Shown: piece after piece, positions 37,762 to 46,870 of the stretch
Position numbering within the stretch: the first letter of the stretch is position 1
Layout: every line of letters starts with the position of its first letter
NCBI GenBank assembly: GCA_051252135.1
Contig: JBPOGH010000001.1
Span: forward strand, 1 to 64,000
Reading direction: 5' to 3'
DNA length: 64,000 bases
Origin: Verrucomicrobiaceae bacterium
GTDB taxonomy: Bacteria; Verrucomicrobiota; Verrucomicrobiia; Verrucomicrobiales; Akkermansiaceae
Translations under genes and position numbers: made by a program
The notes under the pieces: generated by a model
Databases searched by the model: none
Seen by the model: the letters and a program-made list of their open reading frames with translations, nothing else
Told to the model about the DNA's origin: nothing

Positions 37762-37792
37762 AGGGAGGGCGGGGAGGCGGGTGTGCCGGGGT

Positions 37793-39370
37793 TTATTTTT
37801 TGGCTTTGGGGAGGCCGATCTTGCAGTAGGGCGGGAAGTCGAATTGGTCGCCGTGGAGGCGGGGGTCGTGGTGGGTGGTGAGCTCGGCGAAGAGTTGGGC
37901 GCGGAGGGCTGAGCGGGTGGCTTCGAGGTGGGGATCGCGGGCGAGGTTCTTCATTTGGTGGGGGTCGTTTTTGAGGTCGTAGAGTTCCTCGGTGGGACGG
38001 GGGCCGAAGCCGAGATTCCAGTGGAGTTGGTATTTCGGGTTGTTGCGGTTTTGGACGAAGAAGGCTTTGGTGGGGCCGGCGTCGACATCGGCGTAAGTGA
38101 CGCGAGTGTTGTTGGCGAGTTGGTCGAAGGTGAGGGGTTCGTTTTCGGCGAGTTTAAGGAGGTCGCCCATGGCTTCGCGCTCGGCCTTGAAGTTGACGAT
38201 GTAGAGGTGGTCGGCGGTGCGGATGGCGCGCATGGGATAGGGAAGTTCGAGGGCGCGGGCGGACTCGACGTGGACCTCGCGGCCGATGAGGGCCCAGGAG
38301 CGGAGGTTGGAGTGGTCGCCTGACTTGAGTGCGGGGAGGAGGTTTTCGCCGTGCATGGAATCGGCTTTTTGAAGGCCGCCGGCTGCAAGGAAGGTGGGGG
38401 CGAGGTCGATGAGGGAGATGGGCTTTTCGATGACCTGGGCGGGCTTGATGTGGTCGGGCCAGCGGGCGGCGAAGAGGACGCGGGCTCCGAAATCGTAGCA
38501 ATTGGTTTTTCCGCGAGGGAAGCCGGGTGCTCCGTGGTCGCCCGAGATGACGATGAGGGTGTTGTCGTATTCGCCGGTCTTTTTGAGCTCTTCAATGAGG
38601 ACGCGGCAGCATTCATCGAAGGCCATGGTTTCGCCGAGGTAGTCGGCCATGTCCTCGCGGATGACGGGGACGTCGGGGAGGAAGGGCGGGAGTTTTACTT
38701 TCAGTTGGTCGGGGTCGAGGTTCCAGAGTTTTTTGCCGGATCCCTTGATCCACTTGCGGTGGGTGTTGGTGGGGTGGAAGTGGTAGAGGAAGGGTTGGCC
38801 TTCCTTGCGGGCAGCGAGGAAGGATTGGAAGTTGGCGCGGCATTCCCGGTAGAGTCGCTCTTTGGCGGCGTCGATGTTTTTGGCGGCTGAGACGTTTTGG
38901 GAGAAGCCGTTGACCCTGCGTCCGGCTTTGTTGAAGGAGGGGCCGAAGGTTTCGCCTTTGACGTGGTTTTTATGGGTGAGGCCGATGTGGTAGCCGGACT
39001 CTTCGAGGAGTTTGGCGTAGCCTTTGATGTTGTTCCAGGGGTCGGTTTCGTCGGGGCCGTGCCAGCGGTGGTGGAGCTGGGAGCAGGAGCCGTTGGTGAA
39101 GAAGTGGCGGCCTGAGATGAGGGCGGCGCGGCAGGGGGAGCAGGAGGGGGCGGAGACGAAGGCGTTGGTGGCGAGGGCTCCTTCGCTCGCGAGCTTGTCG
39201 AAGGTGGGAGTAGAGAGGAGGTCGTTGACGGAAGGGGTGTCTTTTGAGCGGTAGGCGGAGGCGTAGCGGCCGAGGTCATCGGCGAAGAGGAAGAGGATGT
39301 TGGGGCGCTTGGCGGTGTCCGCGAAGCCGGGGTTGATGAGCGCGAGGGTGAGGAGGAGGATGCGTTTCAT
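37793..39370 (-). CDS. Sulfatase, N-sulfoglucosamine sulfohydrolase (sulfamidase)-like
   Basis: PNILFLFADD, CSPCRAALISGR, GDHGAPGFPRGKTNCYDFG, YPMRAIRT, RPTEELYDL. Confidence 0.9.
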   Translation of the reverse strand: MKRILLLTLALINPGFADTAKRPNILFLFADDLGRYASAYRSKDTPSVNDLLSTPTFDKLASEGALATNAFVSAPSCSPCRAALISGRHFFTNGSCSQLHHRWHGPDETDPWNNIKGYAKLLEESGYHIGLTHKNHVKGETFGPSFNKAGRRVNGFSQNVSAAKNIDAAKERLYRECRANFQSFLAARKEGQPFLYHFHPTNTHRKWIKGSGKKLWNLDPDQLKVKLPPFLPDVPVIREDMADYLGETMAFDECCRVLIEELKKTGEYDNTLIVISGDHGAPGFPRGKTNCYDFGARVLFAARWPDHIKPAQVIEKPISLIDLAPTFLAAGGLQKADSMHGENLLPALKSGDHSNLRSWALIGREVHVESARALELPYPMRAIRTADHLYIVNFKAEREAMGDLLKLAENEPLTFDQLANNTRVTYADVDAGPTKAFFVQNRNNPKYQLHWNLGFGPRPTEELYDLKNDPHQMKNLARDPHLEATRSALRAQLFAELTTHHDPRLHGDQFDFPPYCKIGLPKAKK

Positions 39371-39417
39371 GTGAGGGGAAGATTTAGCGGAAAGGGAGAG
39401 AGTTGGAAGGAAAGAGC

Positions 39418-40374
39418 CTATTTGGGGTTTGTGAGGCTGATCTTTTCGCTGCGGTATTTTTTCCAGAGTTCGTCGAGGCGGGTGGTGATTTCATCTTGGG
39501 TGCCGACGATGAGCCAGTAGCGGTAGGAAAGGGTAGATTGGGGGCCGAGGTTGACGAAGGCGACGGGGGCGATGTGGGTGCAGGGGCCGGCGGCGGGGTC
39601 CTGGGTTTTGCCGGCGCCATGGGGGCCGAAGTTCCATGATTTGGCATCGGGGCTGAAGATGGCGATGCCCTGGCCGTTGGCGGAGAAGGCGGCCATGGCG
39701 TTGCGGGGGGAGGTGGTGACGCCCCAGGGTGGTCCGATGGGTTGGGTGACGGTCTGCCAGTTGCCGTCGCCCTGGTAGGTTTTGAAGGTGTCGAAATTTC
39801 GGGTGAAGTAGCAGGCGGGGACTTCCTGGGGGCTGCGGTGGGCGGGGCCCCAGCGGTCGTTTGGCTGGCGGGAGCAGACGAGTTCGTTTTTGACGACGAC
39901 GACATTGGGCATGTCGGGCTCGAAGGCGGTCCATTGGCGCATGAGGGCTTCGGCTTCCTCATCATGCATGTCCCAGAGCTTGGGGACGGTTTCGGCGAAG
40001 AGGGTGTTGGCCTTTATGTCCTTGGTGAAGGTGGTGACGCGGGCCCAGGAGCCGACGCCTCCGCCTTGAATGGGGTTCCAGCTCCAGGGGCTCCAGGCTT
40101 TGTGTTGGCCGTCGGCCTGGCGGTCGAGACGTTTTCCGGCGTAGTAGGATTGCTGGATGAGGCGGCCGGGGTCGGTGGAGTTGATGGTGTTTTTATGGTC
40201 GTTCTCGGACCAGGAAAGGTGGGTGATGGAAGCGCCCATGGCCTTGTCGATGCCGATGCGGAGGGTGGGGTTCTCGATGGTGAGGAGCTCCTTGGGCGGG
40301 CGTTGGAGAGGGGTGGATTCTTGGGCGGAGAGGTGGGAGGCGAGGAGAAAGAGCAGGGCGCGCAGGAGGGGCAT
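39418..40374 (-). CDS. Secreted hypothetical protein
   Basis: 318 aa, signal peptide, Trp-rich, typical codon bias; DPGRLIQQSYYAG. Confidence 0.8.
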   Translation of the reverse strand: MPLLRALLFLLASHLSAQESTPLQRPPKELLTIENPTLRIGIDKAMGASITHLSWSENDHKNTINSTDPGRLIQQSYYAGKRLDRQADGQHKAWSPWSWNPIQGGGVGSWARVTTFTKDIKANTLFAETVPKLWDMHDEEAEALMRQWTAFEPDMPNVVVVKNELVCSRQPNDRWGPAHRSPQEVPACYFTRNFDTFKTYQGDGNWQTVTQPIGPPWGVTTSPRNAMAAFSANGQGIAIFSPDAKSWNFGPHGAGKTQDPAAGPCTHIAPVAFVNLGPQSTLSYRYWLIVGTQDEITTRLDELWKKYRSEKISLTNPK

Positions 40375-40466
40375 GGAGAGGTTACGTGGGGGGAGCGGGG
40401 GATTTAGCAGGGAATGGGTGAGGGTTGGTCGTGGGAGAGTGGAGATCTATTGGCCTGCGTGAGGTT

Positions 40467-40551
40467 GTGTCGCCCTACAGGGCTTGGGGTTGTGGACAGG
40501 CGAGTAACCCAGGGCGGTGCCCCGGGCTTCGTTATTTTGCTCCTTTGGGGC
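40467..40551. repeat. REP-like triple-hairpin element
   Basis: GCCCT-AC-AGGGC, CCCAGGG...CCCCGGG and GCTCC-TTT-GGGGC in the same layout as the 140-bp repeats. Confidence 0.65.
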
Positions 40552-40559
40552 GGGAGGAG

Positions 40560-40608
40560 GAATTAGGAATTAAGAATTAAGAATGGGGAATGGGGAATGG
40601 GGAATGGG
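40560..40608. repeat. Heptamer tandem repeat, 7 units
   Basis: GAATTAG (GAATTAA)2 (GAATGGG)4. Confidence 0.9.
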
Positions 40609-40614
40609 GAGGGG

Positions 40615-43600
40615 TTATTTTAGGGTGGCGAGGTAGGCGAGGATGTCTTCGATTTCCTGGGGCTTGAGGATGAGGCCCATGGGGGGCATGGGGGAGGCGG
40701 GGAGGGGGTAGCCTTCGGCGATGTCGGCGTTGGGGTCGAGGACGGAGGCGCGGATGTAGTCGGCTGTTTTGCGGGTGGCGATGCCATCGAGGGCGGGGCC
40801 GACGATGCCGCCTTCTCCGCCGACGATGTGGCAGCGGCTGCAGGCGGCAACCTCGTGATGGAGGAAGAGGTCTTTTCCTTGGACGGCGTCGCCGGGTTGG
40901 ACTTCGTCATTGTGATCTTCCGAGGGGGCGGGGATGAGCTCGGAGAGGCGGAGGTTTTTGTAGAAGGCGGTGCCTGTGGATTGGCCCCAGCCGCCGAAGA
41001 GGGCGTTGACGGCGAGGGATTTGTGGTTTTGGGAATCGAAGTCGACGGAGACTTCGGTCCAATCGTTTCGCTTCTGAAGAGCCTTGGTGGCAACGCGGGG
41101 ATTTTGGAGTTGGTGGATGTTGAGGAGTGCTCCACTTCCGTTGCCACGGATTCCGATGGTTTTGATTTCGGCACTGAGACGGTAGCGGGTGTTTTGTTTG
41201 ACGGTGACCTCGCTGGTCCACGAGGTGTCGATGAGCTGGGGCGATTGGATTTTTAGGATGCCATCGGTTTGGGTGTGTGTTGCGCCCCGGCCATTGTAGA
41301 TGACGGGCTTCCAGGTGGCGTTGGCGAGGAGGTTTTCTTCGGCGGGGAGGAAGTTGAGGTCAGAGGCGATGGAGATGCCGTGTTTTTTGGCAGCGGCTCC
41401 GAGGGCTTCCTTGAGGAGAGGGTCGGCGCGGTTTTCGTCATTTTTTCCCAGCGTGGTGATGGCGTTGGTGAGCGCATCGGTGGTGGGGAATTGAGCGATG
41501 GCGACGAAGGCGGCGAGGCGGGTGGTGAGATTGGGGTCGTTGATGACGCCGGACTGGAAGAGGAGGCTGCTTCCGTTTTCATCAAGAGAGAGGGCGCGAG
41601 TGGCGTTACGCCGGAGGATGGGGTCGGTGGAGAGGAGGGCCGTGCGGTGGGTTTCGGGATCGAGTTGTCCGAGGCCATGGAGGGTCCAGAGGGCGTGGGT
41701 GGATCCGATGCCGGGTTGGGCGACCATTTTTTTGAGCGATTCAGTGGCGGAGGTTTGCTTTTGATCGACGAGAAGGCGTTGGGCGGTGAGGCGCCAGAAT
41801 TGATTGTGGTGGCCGAGGGCGGCTACGAGGTTTTCGGTGGATGCTCCGTGGAGTGAGGTGATGGTGGATTTGGGGGCCTTATCCCAGATGAGTCGGTAGA
41901 TGCGGCCGTGCTGGCGGTCGCGGTTGGGATTGATGTGGGCGTTGCCCTTTCCGTTTTGGGCATCGTAGCCCCCGCGTCCGGCGTTGGGGGTGGGGTTGTG
42001 CTGGATGATGAAGTTGTACCAATCGGAGATCCAGAGGTTGCCATCGGGGCCGACCTCGGCGGCGACGGGGGAGAACCATTCGTCGGCGGAGGCGATGAGG
42101 GCGAAGTCGTTTTTGGCGTGATAGCCGGCGCCTTTGGGCGAGGTTTGGAATTTTCCGAGGAGATTTCCGGTGGGGCCGCAGACGAAGGCGGTGTTGCCCT
42201 GCCATGAGGTCGGGAAGTTTTCGGAGTTGGCGAAGGCGTGTCCGGCGGCGGCGGTGTAGCCACCGAAGACATCGACCTGGCGGATGTTCGGGGTGATGGG
42301 GTGGAAGGTGGGTGAAGAGGCGATGATGTCGGCGCTGAGTCCGCGTCCGCCGGGCAGGATGGTGGCGGGGATGCCGCCGAAGAAACTGGGGTTGTTATTG
42401 GCGGTGGAGCCGAAGGTGTCACCGGCGGGATTGAAGCCGAGGCCCCAAGTGTTGTTGTTGAACTGGTGGAGGAACTCGAGATGGGAGCCGTCCTTTTGAA
42501 AGCGGTAGACGCCCATGCCGAATTTTTTGCCGTCGTGATTGTAGGCGGAGTATCCGACGGTGCCGTAGAGTTGGTTATCGAGACCGTAGCGGAGATTAGA
42601 GGGGCCGGCGTGGGTGTCGCCGGTGCCCCAGCCGGTGAGGACGACCTCGCGGACGTCGGCTTTGTCGTCGCCATCGGTGTCTTTTAGGAAAAGAGTTTCA
42701 GCGGCGTGGTGGACGTAGACTCCGCCGTTTGCGAAGGTGAGAGAGGTAGGGATGTTGAGTCCGTCGGCAAAGACGGTGACCTTGTCGCAGAGGCCGTCGC
42801 CATCGGTGTCCTCGAGGATTTTAATCTTATCGTCGCCGACGCGTTCGGCTTTGATTTCGTTCGGGTAATCGACGGTTTCGGCAGCCCAGAGGCGGCCTTT
42901 TTCATCCCATGCGAGGCTGATGGGGTTGACGATTTGGGGTTCGGCGGCGAAGAGCTCGAGCTTCCAGCCGATGGGGACCTGGGTGTATTTGAGGCTGTCG
43001 GCGGGAGTGAGGGGGTGTTGATACTGAAGTGGCTTGGGGCGTTTTTCGTAGTTGGGGATGTTATCGCGGGTCTCGTAGGTGAGAGGGGGGCGGGAGGCGA
43101 GGAAGGTCTCGTAGGAGGCTTTGCGCTTATCGCCGACGGCCCAGAGGATGCCGGACTTGAGGAGCTGGTGGAAATTGGGCTGGGTCCAGACGCGTTGGTC
43201 GTGTCCGGAGGCGGTGTAGAAGACGCGGCCCTGGCCTTGTGTGCGGGTCCAGGTCCAGGGTTCGGGGGTGGTGATGTTGTCGTCTCCCTCCGGCTTGCGG
43301 ACCATGAGGATGTCGCGATCCGATCCGTGCATGGAGTGGACGTAGGTTTCATCCCAGGCGTGGAATGACTCGAGGCCCTTCATGGCAGGGTGGTCGGGCT
43401 TGGTGATGGTGGGGGTGAATTCCTTACCCTTGTGGTGCTTGAACTGAGCACCGACGAGTTTCACGAAGCCGGGTTCGTTTCGGAAGCAGAAGGAGGCGGA
43501 GTGGACGGGGATGAAGCCGCCGCCGTCTTCGACAAATTTGACGAGGTTTTTGAATTGGTGCGGTTCGATGGTGTCGTGGTTGGCGTAGAGAAGGATGCCA

Positions 43601-43854
43601 TCGAATTGACTGAGGTAGGAGATGTCTCCGAGGGCTTCTTCAACTGAGGTGGTGTAGTCGAAGTAGATACCATCCCGGCCGAGGGCCTTGGAAATGATGG
43701 GGTAGTATTCGTTGGAATTGTGGACTTCGCGGTCGTGACCGAGGAAGAGGATTCTGATGGGGCCTTCTTTTTCAACCGTTTGTTCCGGGGTGGTTTGCGC
43801 GAGGGAGAGGAGCGCGATGAGGGCGAGTGGGAAGAGGAGGAGAAGGTGTTTCAT
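40615..43854 (-). CDS. PVC-type heme-binding protein: ThuA + dehydrogenase-like propeller + HEAT-like + CBM-like + cytochrome c
   Basis: GRVFYTASGH (ThuA); NPISLAWDEKGRLW, LEDTDGDG; VTVKQNTRYRLSAEIKT (CBM-like); CSRCH...GPAL...SPMP. Confidence 0.9.
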   Translation of the reverse strand: MKHLLLLFPLALIALLSLAQTTPEQTVEKEGPIRILFLGHDREVHNSNEYYPIISKALGRDGIYFDYTTSVEEALGDISYLSQFDGILLYANHDTIEPHQFKNLVKFVEDGGGFIPVHSASFCFRNEPGFVKLVGAQFKHHKGKEFTPTITKPDHPAMKGLESFHAWDETYVHSMHGSDRDILMVRKPEGDDNITTPEPWTWTRTQGQGRVFYTASGHDQRVWTQPNFHQLLKSGILWAVGDKRKASYETFLASRPPLTYETRDNIPNYEKRPKPLQYQHPLTPADSLKYTQVPIGWKLELFAAEPQIVNPISLAWDEKGRLWAAETVDYPNEIKAERVGDDKIKILEDTDGDGLCDKVTVFADGLNIPTSLTFANGGVYVHHAAETLFLKDTDGDDKADVREVVLTGWGTGDTHAGPSNLRYGLDNQLYGTVGYSAYNHDGKKFGMGVYRFQKDGSHLEFLHQFNNNTWGLGFNPAGDTFGSTANNNPSFFGGIPATILPGGRGLSADIIASSPTFHPITPNIRQVDVFGGYTAAAGHAFANSENFPTSWQGNTAFVCGPTGNLLGKFQTSPKGAGYHAKNDFALIASADEWFSPVAAEVGPDGNLWISDWYNFIIQHNPTPNAGRGGYDAQNGKGNAHINPNRDRQHGRIYRLIWDKAPKSTITSLHGASTENLVAALGHHNQFWRLTAQRLLVDQKQTSATESLKKMVAQPGIGSTHALWTLHGLGQLDPETHRTALLSTDPILRRNATRALSLDENGSSLLFQSGVINDPNLTTRLAAFVAIAQFPTTDALTNAITTLGKNDENRADPLLKEALGAAAKKHGISIASDLNFLPAEENLLANATWKPVIYNGRGATHTQTDGILKIQSPQLIDTSWTSEVTVKQNTRYRLSAEIKTIGIRGNGSGALLNIHQLQNPRVATKALQKRNDWTEVSVDFDSQNHKSLAVNALFGGWGQSTGTAFYKNLRLSELIPAPSEDHNDEVQPGDAVQGKDLFLHHEVAACSRCHIVGGEGGIVGPALDGIATRKTADYIRASVLDPNADIAEGYPLPASPMPPMGLILKPQEIEDILAYLATLK

Positions 43855-43895
43855 TTGGGAAAGAGGGACTTTGGGAAGGAGGGAGGGGGATGTTT

Positions 43896-43954
43896 GCGAC
43901 GGTCATAGACCGCCGCTACAAAAGGGGAGGGCGGGGCTGGAAGCCCCGGCTCCC
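43896..43954. repeat. Two adjacent REP-like palindromes
   Basis: GCGACGGTC-ATA-GACCGCCGC-TACA and CGGGGCT-GGA-AGCCCCG. Confidence 0.6.
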
Positions 43955-45085
43955 TTATTGGATGGTGAACTCGGGGAGTTTGATGAGGGCACCGCCTTGT
44001 TGGGCGGACTCGTGGGCGAGGATTCCGGTGCAGGTGATGTTGGCGGATTGGACGTCGTTGGGGTAGCCCTCGCCGCGGCCGTGGAGGAGTTCGACGAACT
44101 GGTGGACGAGGTGCGGGTGGGAGCCGCCGTGGCCGGCGCCCTGGGTGAAGCTGAGGTGGTCTTCTCCTTCTTCGCCGCCATAGACGCCACCGGTGGTGAA
44201 GGGGGCGATCTCCTCGGGGAGGAGGTGGGCGTAGTCCGGGCAGGTGACTTTTTCGGGAATCTCGGGCTCGGGTTTCTTGGCTGTGTGGACGACGAGTTCC
44301 TCGCCCTCGATGAGGGGCCACTCGACGGATTTTTCGCTGCCGTAGACCTCCATAGACTCGCGGTATTGGCGGGCGACATCGAAGAGAGAACGGTAGACGA
44401 GTCCGGAGAGATCGGAGTCCTTGAACTTCACATGGCAGCTTTCGACGGCATAAGGAGAGCCGTAGCAGTCGTGCATTTCCTCGCGGATGGTTCCGGAGGC
44501 GAAGCAGGAGACGTACTCCGCCTGATGGCGGCCGAGGCCGAGAAGGGGGCCGACGCAGTGGGTGGCGTAGTGCATGGGGGGGAGGCCGGGCCAGTAGCCG
44601 GGCCAGCCATCCATATCCTGCTGGTGGGAGGCTTTGAGGAACTGGAGTTTGCCGAGTTCGCCGTTGTCGTAGAGCTCTTTCATGAAGAGGAACTCGCGGG
44701 CGTAGACGACGGTTTCCATCATCATGTATTTGAGGCCGGTGGAGGCGCAAAGTTCGACAATGGCTTTGCAGTCCTCGACGGAAGTGGCCATGGGGACGGT
44801 GCAGGCGACGTGCTTTCCGGCCTTGAGGGCGGCGATGGTTTGCTCGGCGTGATTGGGGATGGGAGAGTTGATGTGGACGGCGTCGATATCGGGATCGGCG
44901 AGGAGGTCCTCGTAGCTGGTGTAGCGTTTTGAGATGCCGTATTTATCGCCGATCTCGTTGAGCGAGGACTCGGTGCGTTGGCAGATGGCAGCCATTTCGG
45001 CGCCGGGGTGGCGTTGATAGATGGGGACGAATTCGGCTCCGAAGCCGAGGCCGACGATGGCGATGCGCACTGGTTTTTCTGACAT
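43955..45085 (-). CDS. Gfo/Idh/MocA family NAD(P)-dependent oxidoreductase
   Basis: Start MSEKPVRIAIVGLGFG (Rossmann fold); DAVHINSPIPNHA; ALKAGKHVACTVPMA. Confidence 0.9.
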   Translation of the reverse strand: MSEKPVRIAIVGLGFGAEFVPIYQRHPGAEMAAICQRTESSLNEIGDKYGISKRYTSYEDLLADPDIDAVHINSPIPNHAEQTIAALKAGKHVACTVPMATSVEDCKAIVELCASTGLKYMMMETVVYAREFLFMKELYDNGELGKLQFLKASHQQDMDGWPGYWPGLPPMHYATHCVGPLLGLGRHQAEYVSCFASGTIREEMHDCYGSPYAVESCHVKFKDSDLSGLVYRSLFDVARQYRESMEVYGSEKSVEWPLIEGEELVVHTAKKPEPEIPEKVTCPDYAHLLPEEIAPFTTGGVYGGEEGEDHLSFTQGAGHGGSHPHLVHQFVELLHGRGEGYPNDVQSANITCTGILAHESAQQGGALIKLPEFTIQ

Positions 45086-45156
45086 GATGGGTGAGAGAAT
45101 CATTTTCCGGATGAAAATACTAGGGGGAGAGCGAAAATTTTGTGTATGATTGCGAC

Positions 45157-45879
45157 ATGATTCGCGATGAGTGGGTGCGAGGTTTACGGCCGGGGCAGGT
45201 GTCGTATTTGTTCGATTACCTTCCGGACACCTTGTACTTTGCCAAGGACAAGGAAATGCGGTTGATGGCGGGGAACCGGGCATTTATCGAGCGATGCGGT
45301 TTTGCGACCGAAGAGGAAATGGTGGGTCGCCAGGATCGGGAAATTTTTCCGGTGGAGTTGGCGACGAAGTACCTTGAGGACGATCGGCGGGTGATTGAGA
45401 GCGGGGAGGCCTTGGTGGAGATTGTGGAGTTGTTTCCGAATCGTCTTGGTGAGCCGGAGTGGTTCATCACGGATAAGATTCCGCTTTTTGATGTGAATGG
45501 TGAAGTGGCGGGGCTGTGCGGGATGGTGCGAAGTTTTGAGGGGGCGAGGGCGCACTTGCAGCCGTATCTTGATCTGTTGCCGGTGACGGAATTTCTGAAG
45601 GAGAATTATGACCGGAAGGTGGTGTTGCCGGATTTGGCGAAGCAGGTGGGGATGTCGGTGAGGAAGTTGCAGCGACGGTTTCAGGAGACGTTTAAGACGA
45701 CGCCCCAGCAATACATTGGTCGGCTCCGGATTCTGGAGGCGTGTGAGCTTCTGGTGAAGACCCAGCTCACGGTGACGGAGATTGCGCTGCGGGTGGGTTT
45801 TTATGACCACGCGGCGTTCTCGAAGAAGTTCTCCGAGTTGATCGGGATGTCGCCGAGGGAGTATCGGAAACGGAACTAA
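45157..45879 (+). CDS. AraC family transcriptional regulator with N-terminal PAS-like domain
   Basis: FAKDKEMRLMAGNRAF PAS-like start; LAKQVGMSVRKLQRRF and IALRVGFYDHAAFSKKF double HTH; divergent from the oxidoreductase. Confidence 0.92.
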   Translation: MIRDEWVRGLRPGQVSYLFDYLPDTLYFAKDKEMRLMAGNRAFIERCGFATEEEMVGRQDREIFPVELATKYLEDDRRVIESGEALVEIVELFPNRLGEPEWFITDKIPLFDVNGEVAGLCGMVRSFEGARAHLQPYLDLLPVTEFLKENYDRKVVLPDLAKQVGMSVRKLQRRFQETFKTTPQQYIGRLRILEACELLVKTQLTVTEIALRVGFYDHAAFSKKFSELIGMSPREYRKRN

Positions 45880-46136
45880 CCCTTACGGTATTTCCCGAGG
45901 GAGGCGGCTTCGAGGCGGTTGATGCGGCGGCCGAGGTAGAGAGCGAGGGCGACGCAGACGCCGAGGGTCCAGGTGCCCCATGAAGGGTTGGCGAGGAAGG
46001 AGCCGATGGCAAAGCCGAGTCCGAGGCAGAAGAGGGCGAGGGAGGCGGCGAAGAGTGTGATGATCTGCCGGGGGATGACAATGAGATCATCGCGGTGGCG
46101 TTCTTTGAGGAGGTGCTGGAAGTCGTCGCCGATCAT
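45876..46136 (-). CDS. Small membrane protein
   Basis: 86 aa, two hydrophobic helices; 4-nt convergent overlap with the araC stop. Confidence 0.55.
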   Translation of the reverse strand: MIGDDFQHLLKERHRDDLIVIPRQIITLFAASLALFCLGLGFAIGSFLANPSWGTWTLGVCVALALYLGRRINRLEAASLGKYRKG

Positions 46137-46223
46137 GATTTGAGGATAACGGGGAGGAGCGGGGGCGGAAGGAGAAAGGGAAGCTCTGGCTTGCGGGGAG
46201 GCGGCTGGTTGGTAAAAGGAGGG

Positions 46224-46865
46224 GTGAAGAAACTCCCCCTTGTTCCGTTTTGTCTCGCCCTACTTGTGATGGTCTCCTGCTCGACCGCTTATTATGCGGC
46301 GATGGATAAGCTGGGGTATGAGAAGCGTCATATTTTGGTGGATCGGGTGAAGAAGGCGAAGGGATCGCAGATTGAGGCGAAGGAGCAGTTTTCCTCGGCG
46401 CTTGATGAATTCATCGCGGTGTCGAATTACAAGGGGGGCGATCTTGAAAAGATGTACCGGAAGATTGAAAAGGCTTACGAGAAGTCGGTGGATCGTGCCG
46501 ATGAGGTGCGGGAGCGGAACGACAAGGTGGCCGCGACGGGGAAGGCTCTTTTCAAGGAGTGGGGAAAGGAGATTAAGGAGTATTCCGATCCGCAGTTGGC
46601 GGCGGCTTCACGGGAGAAGTATGCGGCGGCCCAAGTGCGCTACAAAGAGCTGCTGACGGCGATGCGGAATGCGGAGTCGAAGTTGGACCCGGTGTTGGCG
46701 AAATTTCGCGATCAGACGCTCTTTTTGAAGCACAATCTGAATGCGAAAGCGATCGCGGCACTGGAGACGCAAGTGACGCGGGTGAAGGTGGATGTGGCGC
46801 GGTTGATCCGCGATATGGAACGATCGATTGCGGAGTCCGATCGCTTCATCAAGGAGATGAAGTAG
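46224..46865 (+). CDS. DUF2959 family lipoprotein
   Basis: GTG start; lipobox-like MVSC followed by STAYYAAMDKLGYEKRHILVDRV; LFLKHNLNAKAI. Confidence 0.85.
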   Translation: MKKLPLVPFCLALLVMVSCSTAYYAAMDKLGYEKRHILVDRVKKAKGSQIEAKEQFSSALDEFIAVSNYKGGDLEKMYRKIEKAYEKSVDRADEVRERNDKVAATGKALFKEWGKEIKEYSDPQLAAASREKYAAAQVRYKELLTAMRNAESKLDPVLAKFRDQTLFLKHNLNAKAIAALETQVTRVKVDVARLIRDMERSIAESDRFIKEMK

Positions 46866-46870
46866 TTTGC

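Noticed and set aside
36782..37829. Similar ORFs 36782-37087 and 37563-37829 as a paralogous gene pair
   Set aside because: The similarity is just translation of the ~140-bp non-coding repeat
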